A DNA stretch of 64,000 nucleotides from Vulcanimicrobiota bacterium (GTDB lineage: Bacteria > Vulcanimicrobiota > Vulcanimicrobiia > Vulcanimicrobiales > Vulcanimicrobiaceae), in assembly GCA_963733295.1 (NCBI GenBank), contig CAVTCS010000003.1, forward strand, positions 800,001 through 864,000, written 5' to 3'. Below the pieces are notes generated by a model. That model was not told the DNA's origin and did not search any database. It saw only the letters and a list, made by a program, of their open reading frames with translations. Both the position numbers and the translations under genes were made by a program. Below, one piece after another: positions 43,144-52,700 of this stretch (its first letter is position 1; each line of letters begins with the position of its first letter).

Positions 43144-44006
43144 GCTCGCCGGAGTACCGAGGCGTCAATCCCCAGCGAGCGGGCTGCGACGGCTTCCAAC
43201 GCTGCGCGCGGGACGAGGCCGATCGTCTCGCTGCGCGCGATCGGGATTCCGCGGCGTGCCGCGCGCCGGCGGATGAATTCGAAGACCCGGTAGAGCGGAA
43301 CGGCGCTCGGAGCGGTGAGGTTGCACGAGACCTGAACGTGTCCGGCATCGAGTGCGATGCCGAGTGCGCGTACGCTGCGCAAGCCGCCGCTTCGCTCGCG
43401 CAGTTCGCGCGCAATTTCTCGCGCGGCGCGTACGTCGCCGCCGGCCAAAACGACGTTGAACGCGATCAAGATCGGCCGTGCGCCGGCGGCCACCGAACCT
43501 GCGCTCGGATGCGCGCGCACCTCGCCGACGTCGGGCGGCCCGGTAGGATGCTCCGCGGCGATCAAACCTTCAAATTGGCCGGCGCGCACGTCCGCCAGAA
43601 GACGACGGGCCGGGCTCGTCGCCGCGGCTCCGTAGAACATCGTGGGTACGCCGGTTCGCTCCCAGATCTTCAGCGCGCTTTCGCGCGCGAGTTCGACCGC
43701 TTCGCTCATGCGTGCCGTTCCGAGCGGCACGAACGGCAGGACGTCGAGCGCGCCGATGCGCGGATGCGCGCCACGGTGCCGGCGCAGATCGATACGCGCC
43801 GTCGTTACTTCGGCCAGTGCCAGCGCCGCGCGCGAGACCTCCTCGCGCGTTCCGAAAAACGTGAAGACCGAACGGTTGTGGATCGGGTCGCTGGTACGAT
43901 GCGCGAGCAACGCGCCGGCCCCTTCGATCGCCGCGGCGCACGCCTCCACCACGGCCGCGTCGCGACCTTCCGAGACGTTGGGCACGCATTCGAACAGCGC
44001 CGCCAC
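43140..44006 (-). CDS. Glutamate formiminotransferase domain protein
   Basis: ECVPNVSEGR, HNRSV, HRGAHPRIGALDVLPFVP, GARPILIAFN, SETIGLVP. Confidence 0.88.
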   Translation of the reverse strand: MAALFECVPNVSEGRDAAVVEACAAAIEGAGALLAHRTSDPIHNRSVFTFFGTREEVSRAALALAEVTTARIDLRRHRGAHPRIGALDVLPFVPLGTARMSEAVELARESALKIWERTGVPTMFYGAAATSPARRLLADVRAGQFEGLIAAEHPTGPPDVGEVRAHPSAGSVAAGARPILIAFNVVLAGGDVRAAREIARELRERSGGLRSVRALGIALDAGHVQVSCNLTAPSAVPLYRVFEFIRRRAARRGIPIARSETIGLVPRAALEAVAARSLGIDASVLRRA

Positions 44007-44007
44007 G

Positions 44008-45357
44008 TCAGCCGAGGACGGCGGCGATCGCGCTCGCCACATCGGGAACTGCGGTCGATCCGTCGCGTTCTTTCGCATTGCCCGGCGGTGCGACGATCGC
44101 CTCGAAACCGAGTTTGCGCGCCTCGGCGATGCGCCGCGCGCGCTGGGCGACGGGCCGCACCTCGCCGGAAAGCCCGAGCTCGCCGAACGCCGCGGTCGCG
44201 GGCGGCAAGGGGGTCCCCCGGAATGCGGAGGCTACCGCTAAGGCGATACCGAGATCGGCCGCCGGCTCGACGACCCGCAGACCGCCCGCGACCGATGCGT
44301 ACACGTCGAACGCTCCCAGGTGCATCCCCGCGCGACGTTCGAGCACCGCGAGAATCATCGCGAGCCGGGAGCGATCGACGTTCGCCGCCAGACGCTGAGG
44401 AGTTCCGTACGCGGTCTCGCCGACGAGCGCCTGAATCTCGACGAGAACCGGGCGCGAGCCGACGATGCTCGCCACGACGCACGATCCGCTCGGGCGCTCG
44501 CGTGTGCGCCCGCCCAGGAACAGTTGCGAAGGGTTGCGCACTTCGTGCAAACCGCGTTCGTCCATCGAGAAAACGCAAATCTCGTCGGCACTTCCGAAAC
44601 GATTCTTATGCGCCCGAACGATGCGATGCTCGGCGCCGTTGTCGCCTTCGAAGTACAGCACGGTATCCACCAGGTGCTCGAGCAGACGCGGACCGGCGAT
44701 CGAACCGTCCTTCGTCACGTGTCCGACGAGAAAAGTCGCGCAGCCCGTCGTCTTGGCGAAGGTCATCAGCGCCGCGGCGCAATCGCGCACTTGCGCGACG
44801 CTCCCCGCGAATGACTCCACCTCCGGCAGCGACATGGTTTGAATCGAATCCACGATCAGCGCTCGCGGTCGCAACGTATCCATCTGCTCGAGGATCGCGC
44901 GCAGGTCGGTCTCGGGAAAGAGCAGCAGTTCGCCGGCTGCCCCGAGTCGCGCCGCACGCAACTTCGTCTGCGCGGCCGACTCTTCGCCGCACACGTACAC
45001 CGCAGGCCCGGCATGTTGGGCTAAGTAGGTCGCGATTTGGAGAAGCAACGTCGACTTGCCGGCCCCGGGCGGTCCGCCGATCAAAACGAGACTCCCCGGC
45101 ACGATCCCGCCTCCGAGCAGCGCGTCGAATTCCACGAAACCGCTCGAGAGGCGCTCGCCGTGCACCGGCGAGACGTCTGCTAGGCGCACCGGTGCGGCGG
45201 GCGCGTTCGAGCCGCGCAGTGCGGCCGGCCTCGCCTTCGCCGGAAGCGGAGCCTCCGCGAAGGTGTTCCAAGCTTCGCAGGCGGGACAACGTCCGAGCCA
45301 GCGAGTCGACTCGTGTCCGCAGGCCGAACAGAAGAAGAGCGTGCGCGCTTTCGCCAT
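44008..45357 (-). CDS. radA: DNA repair protein RadA/Sms
   Basis: C4 zinc finger, GAGKST, KNRFG, LonC-like GELGLSGE. Confidence 0.95.
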   Translation of the reverse strand: MAKARTLFFCSACGHESTRWLGRCPACEAWNTFAEAPLPAKARPAALRGSNAPAAPVRLADVSPVHGERLSSGFVEFDALLGGGIVPGSLVLIGGPPGAGKSTLLLQIATYLAQHAGPAVYVCGEESAAQTKLRAARLGAAGELLLFPETDLRAILEQMDTLRPRALIVDSIQTMSLPEVESFAGSVAQVRDCAAALMTFAKTTGCATFLVGHVTKDGSIAGPRLLEHLVDTVLYFEGDNGAEHRIVRAHKNRFGSADEICVFSMDERGLHEVRNPSQLFLGGRTRERPSGSCVVASIVGSRPVLVEIQALVGETAYGTPQRLAANVDRSRLAMILAVLERRAGMHLGAFDVYASVAGGLRVVEPAADLGIALAVASAFRGTPLPPATAAFGELGLSGEVRPVAQRARRIAEARKLGFEAIVAPPGNAKERDGSTAVPDVASAIAAVLG

Positions 45358-45420
45358 GCTAGTCAGCAACCGTTCGGGCGACGAGCCCCGAGTTCCCGAT
45401 GCGCTTACGCGCGATCGACG

Positions 45421-46233
45421 TTAGCGATGTCCGCCGGAGAACCCATGCATGGCGCCGCCCATCCCGCCACCACCGGTCATGTGGCCGGTCGAACCGTGAT
45501 AGCCGCCGCTATAGCCGCCGCGATATCCGTTGCTGTAGCCGCCGCGATAGCCGTTGCTGTAGCCGCCGCGATAGCCGTTGTAGTAGCCTCCGCGATATCC
45601 GTTGCCGTAGTAGCCTCCACGATATCCATAGTACCCGCCGTGGTATCCGTAGTAGCCGCCGTGGTATCCGTAATAACCGCGATATCCGTAATAATTTCCG
45701 AAGTAGAACGCGGCGCTAAACGCAAGACCGAGACCGAACGCCGCGACCGGATAGTACCACGGGTACACGCCGTAATAACCGGGATAGCCGTAGTAACCGG
45801 GATAGCCGTAGTACGACGGGTAAGCCTGACCGCCGCCGTAGCCGTAGCCATACGCCGATGGATCGGGAGCGCTCGAGATCGAGTAGGGCGTATCGATCTG
45901 AAGTGCAACGAACGTCTTGCCGGACGTGTATCCGCTGACCGTGATGCGCATGCCCTCGATCAGACGCAGTCCCGTCGGATTGATGATCGTGCCGTCACGC
46001 AACTGCACGTTGTCGACGAAGCCGCGATCGTCGCTCAAGAACAGCGTGTACTTCCCGTCGAAACTCGACACCGTTCCGGTGATGGACTCATGGGCCGGCG
46101 CCGCCTGCGCGGGCCGCGCGTATGAGGGCAAAGCTTGCGCGTTTGCAACGCACGGCGCAACGAGTGCCGCGAGCACCAGCGTTGCGAGGAGTTTCCTGGG
46201 AACGGACCGCGCAGACTCGAACATGACAGCCAT
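45421..46233 (-). CDS. Secreted protein with small beta domain and Gly/Tyr-rich repeat tail
   Basis: Signal peptide ending AQA; ITGTVSSFDG...INPTG domain; GYRGGY repeats. Confidence 0.75.
   Translation of the reverse strand: MAVMFESARSVPRKLLATLVLAALVAPCVANAQALPSYARPAQAAPAHESITGTVSSFDGKYTLFLSDDRGFVDNVQLRDGTIINPTGLRLIEGMRITVSGYTSGKTFVALQIDTPYSISSAPDPSAYGYGYGGGQAYPSYYGYPGYYGYPGYYGVYPWYYPVAAFGLGLAFSAAFYFGNYYGYRGYYGYHGGYYGYHGGYYGYRGGYYGNGYRGGYYNGYRGGYSNGYRGGYSNGYRGGYSGGYHGSTGHMTGGGGMGGAMHGFSGGHR
45498..45694. repeat. Imperfect in-frame tandem repeats (24-nt TAGCCGCCGCGATAGCCGTTGCTG about x4, then 21-nt units)
   Basis: Units start near 45512, 45536, 45560, 45584; encode GYRGGYSN/GYHGGYY on minus strand. 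Confidence 0.85.
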
Positions 46234-46320
46234 CCTTATTCTCTTAACGCACGACGCTGCCCTGGAGTTGCCGTTGCCGTCAAGGTTACAGTGCAGGCGG
46301 CGAGAACGCAGGCGCACGCA

Positions 46321-47004
46321 ATGAGTGCCTTCGCGCACGTCGCGATCGACGGCCCGGCCGGCAGCGGTAAGACGACCGTCGCGCGCGCGCTCGCACGCCG
46401 GCTCGGCATTCTCTATCTCGACACCGGGGCGATGTACCGGGCGCTGGCGCTCGCCGTGCTGCGGGCCGGGCTCGACCCGGGCGATGAGAGCGCCGTCGAA
46501 CGGCTGGCTCGCCTGCGGCCGATCCGGGTCGTCTTCGAAGCGTCGGCGCCGCACGGCTACCGAGTGTTCGCCGGCGCCGACGAGTTCGGCGACGAACTCG
46601 ACGGCAACGAGGTGAGCCGCGTCGTCTCACAAGTGGCGGCCCACCCGCGCGTTCGCGAGCTGATGGTCGCAAGCCAGCGCGAGATCGCCGCCCGCGGTCC
46701 CGTCGTCATGGCCGGTCGCGATATCGGTACCGTCGTTCTGCCCGCGGCGCCGGTCAAGATTTTCCTGACGGCTTCACGCGATGCGCGCGTGGCCCGCCGA
46801 CTCTCCGAGCTCAGCGGACGCGGTGCGGACATCGCGCTCGACGAGCTGCGGGCCCAGATGTCCGAGCGCGACCGGCTCGACGAGAACCGGGCCGTTGCGC
46901 CCTTGAAAGCGGCCCCGGGCGCCGTCGTCATCGATTCGAGCCGCCTCGGCGTGGACGAGGTCGTCGAGCAGATCGCCGCGCTCGTCGCGGCAGCGGCCCG
47001 GTGA
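46321..47004 (+). CDS. cmk: Cytidylate kinase
   Basis: AIDGPAGSGKTT, LDTGAMYR, GRDIGTVV. Confidence 0.95.
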   Translation: MSAFAHVAIDGPAGSGKTTVARALARRLGILYLDTGAMYRALALAVLRAGLDPGDESAVERLARLRPIRVVFEASAPHGYRVFAGADEFGDELDGNEVSRVVSQVAAHPRVRELMVASQREIAARGPVVMAGRDIGTVVLPAAPVKIFLTASRDARVARRLSELSGRGADIALDELRAQMSERDRLDENRAVAPLKAAPGAVVIDSSRLGVDEVVEQIAALVAAAAR

Positions 47005-47591
47005 ACGCCCCCTTTTACGCCTTCAGCCGGGGTCTCGTCCGCCTGGTGCTACGGGCCGGCTGGCGCCTCAGAGTCGTCGGCGCGGAGCGCGTCCCGCTCA
47101 CGGGACCTCTCATCGTGGCCTGCAACCACGTCTCGTATTTCGACCCGCCGGCCTTGGGCGCGGCCGCCCCTCGGCCTATCCGTTACATGGCCAAGACCGA
47201 GCTTTTCAAGCTACCCCTCCTCGGGCCGGTGATCGCCGCCCTGGGGGCCTACCCGGTCGACCGCTCGCGCGGCGACGTCGCGGCGATCAGGCGCTCCCTC
47301 GATGTGCTCAAGACCGGCGCCGCATTGGGTATCTTCCCGGAGGGAACCCGGAATCCGACCGGCTCGATCGCGCCGCAATCCGGCGTCGCGCTGCTCGCCG
47401 CCCTGTCGGGCGCCACGGTTCTCCCGGCGTACGTCGACGGCACAACCGATCCGAAACGCTTTGGGCGCATAACCGTCGTGTTCGGTGAGCCCCTTCAACT
47501 CACGCGGACCCAGAAAGCGAGGCGCGAAGACTTGGCGAAGCATACGGACGAGATCATGACCCGCGTCTTCGAGCTCCGAGAAAGGCTCTAG
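47001..47591 (+). CDS. plsC: 1-acyl-sn-glycerol-3-phosphate acyltransferase
   Basis: NHVSYFD (HX4D), FPEGTR. Confidence 0.92.
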   Translation: MNAPFYAFSRGLVRLVLRAGWRLRVVGAERVPLTGPLIVACNHVSYFDPPALGAAAPRPIRYMAKTELFKLPLLGPVIAALGAYPVDRSRGDVAAIRRSLDVLKTGAALGIFPEGTRNPTGSIAPQSGVALLAALSGATVLPAYVDGTTDPKRFGRITVVFGEPLQLTRTQKARREDLAKHTDEIMTRVFELRERL

Positions 47592-48433
47592 TGCAGATCA
47601 AGAAGGCCAAGACCCAAGGGTTCTGTTTCGGCGTGGCGATCACGTTGAAGAAGGCCGAAGAGACCGTTGCATCGGTCGGCGACGTCACGACGCTCGGGCA
47701 TATCGTGCACAATCCGCAAATGGTGCGCTCCTTCGAAGAGAAGGGTCTGCGCAACGCCGACTCGGTCGACGATGTCGACTCGGGAACGCTCTTCGTGCGG
47801 GCACACGGTTTACCGGTCGAAGTCTTCGAAACGGCCAACCGCAAGGGGCTTCAGATCGTCGACGCGACGTGTCCTATGGTCACGAAGATTCACGTCCAAG
47901 CCGAGAAGCTGCGCGCCGACGGTTACAAGATTCTGGTCGTCGGCGATCCGAACCATCCTGAAGTCAAGGGGACGCTCAGCCACGTTCCGGGCGCCTGGTG
48001 CATCCAAGGCCCCGACGACGTCGATGCGCTGCCGCGGGCGAGCAAAGTCGGTGTCGTCGTGCAGTCGACGTGGTCGGGCGCCGGCTTCACCGAGATCGTG
48101 CAAAAGCTCAGTTCGAAATACTACGAAGTGCGCGCCGTCAATACGATCTGCACCGACACGCACAACCGTCAGTTCGAAGCCGCACAGCTCGCGAAAGAAG
48201 TAGAAGTCATGGTCGTCGTGGGCGGCAAAACGTCGGCCAACACCAAACACTTAGCCGATCTCGCGGCAACGCAGGGTGCCCGGTCGTACCACATCGAGGG
48301 TCCCGACGAACTGCAGCCGCAATGGTTTGACGGCGTTGCCGTCGCCGGTTTGATGTCGGGCGCGTCGACGCCCGGATGGCTCGTCGATCGCGTCGAGGAG
48401 CGCATGGAGGCACTCAGCCGTCGAGCTAGTTAG
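47591..48433 (+). CDS. ispH: 4-hydroxy-3-methylbut-2-enyl diphosphate reductase
   Basis: GFCFGV, DATCP, NTIC, SANT, GASTP. Confidence 0.95.
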   Translation: MQIKKAKTQGFCFGVAITLKKAEETVASVGDVTTLGHIVHNPQMVRSFEEKGLRNADSVDDVDSGTLFVRAHGLPVEVFETANRKGLQIVDATCPMVTKIHVQAEKLRADGYKILVVGDPNHPEVKGTLSHVPGAWCIQGPDDVDALPRASKVGVVVQSTWSGAGFTEIVQKLSSKYYEVRAVNTICTDTHNRQFEAAQLAKEVEVMVVVGGKTSANTKHLADLAATQGARSYHIEGPDELQPQWFDGVAVAGLMSGASTPGWLVDRVEERMEALSRRAS

Positions 48434-48497
48434 CGTCATCGAGGCCCATCTCGCGCGCACGATCGAGCGGCACCGCGGATCGTCTCCGATATACGAG

Positions 48498-49412
48498 ATG
48501 ATCCGCTATCATTTCGGTTACCATGCTGCCGGGGAGTCGATGTCCGGGAAGCGCTTACGACCCCAGCTTCTCCTGCGCACGGCGCTGGCCGAGGGGGGAA
48601 CCGTAGAATGTGCGCTCGACGCGGCGGTGGCGATCGAGATTTTGCATAACTATTCGCTCGTTCATGACGATATTGAAGACGGCGACGAACTGCGCCACGG
48701 CCGAACGACGCTCTGGGCCCATTTCGGCGCCCCGCACGGGATCAACGTGGGGGATGCGCTCTGCGCGATCAGTTACCTCACCCTGCTGCACGAGGAGGCC
48801 GTCGTTCCGAGCAACCGCGTCGTCGAGATGTTGCACGTGCTTCACGAAGCAAACCTGCGAATGTGTGAAGGCCAAGGCCTGGACATCGGCTTCGAAACGT
48901 TGCCGACCGTCTCGATGGACCAATATCTCGAAATGATTGCCGGAAAGACGGGCGCGCTCTTTGCCGCCTCGTGCGAACTAGGCGCGCTCGCCGCCGGGGC
49001 CGAACCGGCTCGCGCCGCCGAATACGCGAAGCTCGGCCGCGCGTACGGCCGCGCCTTTCAGATCCGCGACGACGTCCTCGGGACCTGGGGTTCGAGCCGA
49101 GTTACCGGCAAGCCCAGCGGGGCCGACATCGCGCGCCGCAAGTGGAGCTTTCCGGTGGTCTGGGCCCTCGGCACGCCACCTTCGTCCGACCGCGATATCA
49201 TTGCTCGGGCTTACGAGCGCTGCTCGCGACTCGAATCCGGCGGCATCCCCGAGGTGATCGGCGCGCTCGAGCGTCTCGGCGCTCGCGTCGCTGCCGACGA
49301 GATGCACGACCGCGCGCTGGCCGAAGCGGACGAGATCGCGGGGCGCGCCGCGCTCGACCGCGAGAACGCGATTCGCAATTTCCTCGCGCGCGGAGCGCGG
49401 CGCGTTGCGTAG
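48498..49412 (+). CDS. Short-chain polyprenyl diphosphate (GGPP-type) synthase; true start likely upstream
   Basis: GKRLRP, HNYSLVHDDIED (FARM, Tyr at -5), GQGLD, FQIRDDVLG. Confidence 0.88.
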   Translation: MIRYHFGYHAAGESMSGKRLRPQLLLRTALAEGGTVECALDAAVAIEILHNYSLVHDDIEDGDELRHGRTTLWAHFGAPHGINVGDALCAISYLTLLHEEAVVPSNRVVEMLHVLHEANLRMCEGQGLDIGFETLPTVSMDQYLEMIAGKTGALFAASCELGALAAGAEPARAAEYAKLGRAYGRAFQIRDDVLGTWGSSRVTGKPSGADIARRKWSFPVVWALGTPPSSDRDIIARAYERCSRLESGGIPEVIGALERLGARVAADEMHDRALAEADEIAGRAALDRENAIRNFLARGARRVA

Positions 49413-52400
49413 CGCGGTCCGCACTGCCGGCGCGGCGCTCGAACGTGCCGACCGCTCGGCGCTCAGCGAGACGCTCATCCTCGGCGGAATCTTGTTCGCC
49501 GGCTTTCTCATCCGGCTGGTTTTCATCCACGCCGACGGTTTCAAGAACGACGTCGGCACGTTCGAGGCGTGGGCCTTGACGCTGGCCGAACATCCGATGC
49601 GCGAGTTTTACGACAAGGCCGGCTTCGCCGACTATCCGCCCGGGTATTTCTTCGTGCTGTGGGGCGTCGGACACGTGTACAAACTCGTCGTTCACGCCGG
49701 CGGCGATCCCGGCTACGGGCTCCTGAAGATCTTCGTCAAGCTTCCCGCGATCCTCATGGATCTCGTCGACGGGTATTTGATCTTCGCGATCGTGCGGCGC
49801 TTCGCGTCGCTCTCGTGGGCGTTCGCCGCGATGGCGTTGTTCGTGTTCAATCCGGCCGTCATCTTCATATCGGCTTACTGGGGTCAAGTCGACTCCGTGG
49901 CGGCCGGAGTAACCCTCGCCGCGCTGCTCTTTATCGTTAACGCGGACCGTGCGAGTCGCACCGTGCTCGCGCTGTACGTCGTCCTCGCCTGGCTCGCGCT
50001 GGCGTACTCGATCCTCATCAAGCCCCCCGCGATCGTCATCATACCGCTCTTGCTGGCGTTTCCGTTCGCGACTCGCGACGGCGCCATTCGCGTCGCTCGC
50101 CTGCGCGCGACGGGTCTCGGGATTCTCGCGGCGCTCGTGATGTCGTACGACGTCGCGATCGCCTTCCATCCGGCGCTCAGTCCGATCGTCGAGTTCCGCT
50201 GGCTCTACGATCGCTACGCATACGCCAGCGGCGTCTACGCCTACAGCTCGGTCAACGCGTTCAACATCTACGCGCTGGTTCACCACTTTTGGGAGCCGGA
50301 CACGCAGCTCGTTCCCGATTGGCAGCTGTTCGACCGCCACATCGGGTTACCGCAATTCGTCTGGGGCATCTTGCTGCTCCTCGTCGCGGTCGGGCTCGTC
50401 GTCTCGCGTTACGTCCAGCGCCGCGAGATCGTCGCGCTGCTCGAAGGGGCGATGATCTTGTCGCTCGGCTACTTCGTGCTCTCGACCAGAATGCACGAAC
50501 GCTACATCTTCAACGCCGTGGCGCTCGCCGTTCCGCTCGTGTTTTATCGCCGGCGGTACCTTTACGCCACGTTCATCCTGTCCGCGACGCTGCTCGGCAA
50601 CCTGATCTACTCCCTCGATTATCTCTACGTGATGGACGCGAAGATCCAGGGCGTCGATGCGGGCAACTTGATGCCGTTCCTGAGCCACCCGGCGTCGTTT
50701 GCGAACGTGATCGCGTTCTTCTATCTCGGCTACGTGTTCCTCGGCTCGGGAAGCGACGTGCTCGACCGCGTCGACCTGGGAGGCCTGACCGCGCGTGCGG
50801 GGGAGTCGGTGCGCCGCTGGTTCGCGCCTCTGGAAGGCCTCAGCGTGATGAGCGTGCGCGACTGGACGATCGCGGGTGCCCTGACCGCCGGCTCGTTCGT
50901 GCTGACCTTCGTCAACTATTGGTTCCCGGCGGAGAAGATTTTCGACGAGATCTACTACGCGCGAGCGGGCGAAGAGTATCTGCAACACCGCGAGATCTTC
51001 GAGTTCACCCACCCGCCGCTGACGAAGTTAATCATCACGCTGTCGATGATGCTGTTCGGCGGGATGCACGGTCTAGGCGACACGTCGTGGGGCTGGCGTT
51101 TCATGAACCTGGTCGTCGGGGCGCTCATGGTGCTCGTGCTCTACTGCTTGGCCAAGCGCATCCTGGGCTCGACGATCTTCGCCACGATAGCCGCCGGCTT
51201 TATGCTCTTCGACGGCTTTCATTTCGCGCAGTCGCGAATCGCAACGCCCGAAATCACCGTCGCGTTTTTCTCGCTCACGACGCTGTACGCGTTCTATCGC
51301 TACTGGATCGCGAGCCAGGTGCGGGTGGCGCCGCGCTTCGAGAAGGCTGCGCTGGGTCCCGGCTTCGTGGCGCTGGGCGTGCTGAGCGTGCTCGCGCTCG
51401 TCTTGACCTACGCGGTGGCCGGCAGTCAAACGACGGCCGCGCGCATCGTCGCGTTCTTGTACTTCGAACTAGCCGGGTATCTGGCGATTCGCGTTTTCCT
51501 GCCGCGCTTCATGAAGCCGCCGCCGCTGACTTCGTATGCGGACGGTTCGATCGTCGTCGCAGGTGCGCTCGAGACGCCCGACGGCGGCGTCGTGCCGGCC
51601 GGTTCGCAAGCGATCGTTCCCGGCGAGACGACGCGCGTCGAAAAAGGTAAGCTCGCTTATGTCGACGCGCCGCTGCGAATCGAGTACGCGCGCGGGGGTG
51701 CCGAGCGCTACTCGACACCCGAGGGCGAAGCGGTCTTCGCGCCCGAAGGCACGATGCAGACTGGTGGCCTAAAGGTCACGGCCTCGGACAGCCGGCTCTG
51801 GTTCTGGCTTCTCTCGATCAGCGCGGGTTGTCTCGCGGCTTGTAAGTGGAACGGGCTCTTCGACTTCTTCGTCGTTTGGCTCTTGGTCGCTGTCGTCGTG
51901 GCGCAACCCTATTGGAGCGCGCTCTTGCGCGGCATGGGCAGGCCGGCGGAATTCCGGCCGGCGTTTTTGGGAAACCCGCGGGGCTTCTCGCTGGACGTCG
52001 TCGTCGGGACGATGCTGCTGGTCGGCGCAACGATTTACGTGCTGAGCTACATTCCGTACTTCACGCTCGGCCATGGCTTGGGCGATCTCGTCGGACTACA
52101 AAACGGGATGTACTGGTATCACCATAACCTTAAGGCGACGCATCCCTACTCGTCGGAGTGGTGGCAGTGGCCGCTCCTGCAGATCCCCGTCTCGTATTAC
52201 TATCACGACTATCGCACCGGCGCCGCGCTCGCGGACGGAACGAAGTGCTGCGTGGGCGAGATCCTCGCCCTGCCCAACCCGGTCGTGTGGTGGTTGGGGT
52301 TGCTCTCGGTTCCGTTCGTTGGCTGGCTGGCTTGGCGCGAACGCAGCAAAGGCTACATCCTGCTCATCGCGGCGTACTTCATCCAGTGGCTGCCCTGGAT

Positions 52401-52689
52401 CGCAACGCCGCGGCTTGCGTTCGAATACCACTTTTTCCCGAACCTCGCGATCATCTGCATCGCGAACGCGATCCTCTTGCAACGCATCTGGAGGCTCGCC
52501 GAGCCCATGCGAGCTAAGTACAGCTGGCCGCGCGTCGTGGTGGGGACGTATCTCGCGGCGGTACTGATCGCCTTCGTCTTCTGGTATCCGGTCGTCGCGG
52601 GAACTCCGCTGACGTACAACGCGTGGTCGGCCCGGATGTTGACCGGGCTCGAGGGCAACAACTGGATCAACCCGCATCCGGGAAGCTAA
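49405..52689 (+). CDS. Fused GT-C glycosyltransferase + dolichyl-phosphate-mannose:protein mannosyltransferase (PMT)-like protein
   Basis: N half DYPP, WGQVDS, MHERY; C half FDEIYY, HPPLTK, KWNG, HPYSSEWWQWP. Confidence 0.82.
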   Translation: MRSAVRTAGAALERADRSALSETLILGGILFAGFLIRLVFIHADGFKNDVGTFEAWALTLAEHPMREFYDKAGFADYPPGYFFVLWGVGHVYKLVVHAGGDPGYGLLKIFVKLPAILMDLVDGYLIFAIVRRFASLSWAFAAMALFVFNPAVIFISAYWGQVDSVAAGVTLAALLFIVNADRASRTVLALYVVLAWLALAYSILIKPPAIVIIPLLLAFPFATRDGAIRVARLRATGLGILAALVMSYDVAIAFHPALSPIVEFRWLYDRYAYASGVYAYSSVNAFNIYALVHHFWEPDTQLVPDWQLFDRHIGLPQFVWGILLLLVAVGLVVSRYVQRREIVALLEGAMILSLGYFVLSTRMHERYIFNAVALAVPLVFYRRRYLYATFILSATLLGNLIYSLDYLYVMDAKIQGVDAGNLMPFLSHPASFANVIAFFYLGYVFLGSGSDVLDRVDLGGLTARAGESVRRWFAPLEGLSVMSVRDWTIAGALTAGSFVLTFVNYWFPAEKIFDEIYYARAGEEYLQHREIFEFTHPPLTKLIITLSMMLFGGMHGLGDTSWGWRFMNLVVGALMVLVLYCLAKRILGSTIFATIAAGFMLFDGFHFAQSRIATPEITVAFFSLTTLYAFYRYWIASQVRVAPRFEKAALGPGFVALGVLSVLALVLTYAVAGSQTTAARIVAFLYFELAGYLAIRVFLPRFMKPPPLTSYADGSIVVAGALETPDGGVVPAGSQAIVPGETTRVEKGKLAYVDAPLRIEYARGGAERYSTPEGEAVFAPEGTMQTGGLKVTASDSRLWFWLLSISAGCLAACKWNGLFDFFVVWLLVAVVVAQPYWSALLRGMGRPAEFRPAFLGNPRGFSLDVVVGTMLLVGATIYVLSYIPYFTLGHGLGDLVGLQNGMYWYHHNLKATHPYSSEWWQWPLLQIPVSYYYHDYRTGAALADGTKCCVGEILALPNPVVWWLGLLSVPFVGWLAWRERSKGYILLIAAYFIQWLPWIATPRLAFEYHFFPNLAIICIANAILLQRIWRLAEPMRAKYSWPRVVVGTYLAAVLIAFVFWYPVVAGTPLTYNAWSARMLTGLEGNNWINPHPGS

Positions 52690-52700
52690 CGGGAGCCGCG

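Noticed and set aside
45498..45815. Tandem repeats as a CRISPR array
   Set aside because: No unique spacers, unit lengths are multiples of 3, they encode an in-frame GY-rich peptide, and there are no cas genes
48498..49412. Synthase of the lipid carrier for the adjacent glycosyltransferase
   Set aside because: Trans-type enzyme with an aromatic residue five before the FARM implies a C15-C20 product; carriers are made by cis-prenyltransferases (it could supply only the primer)
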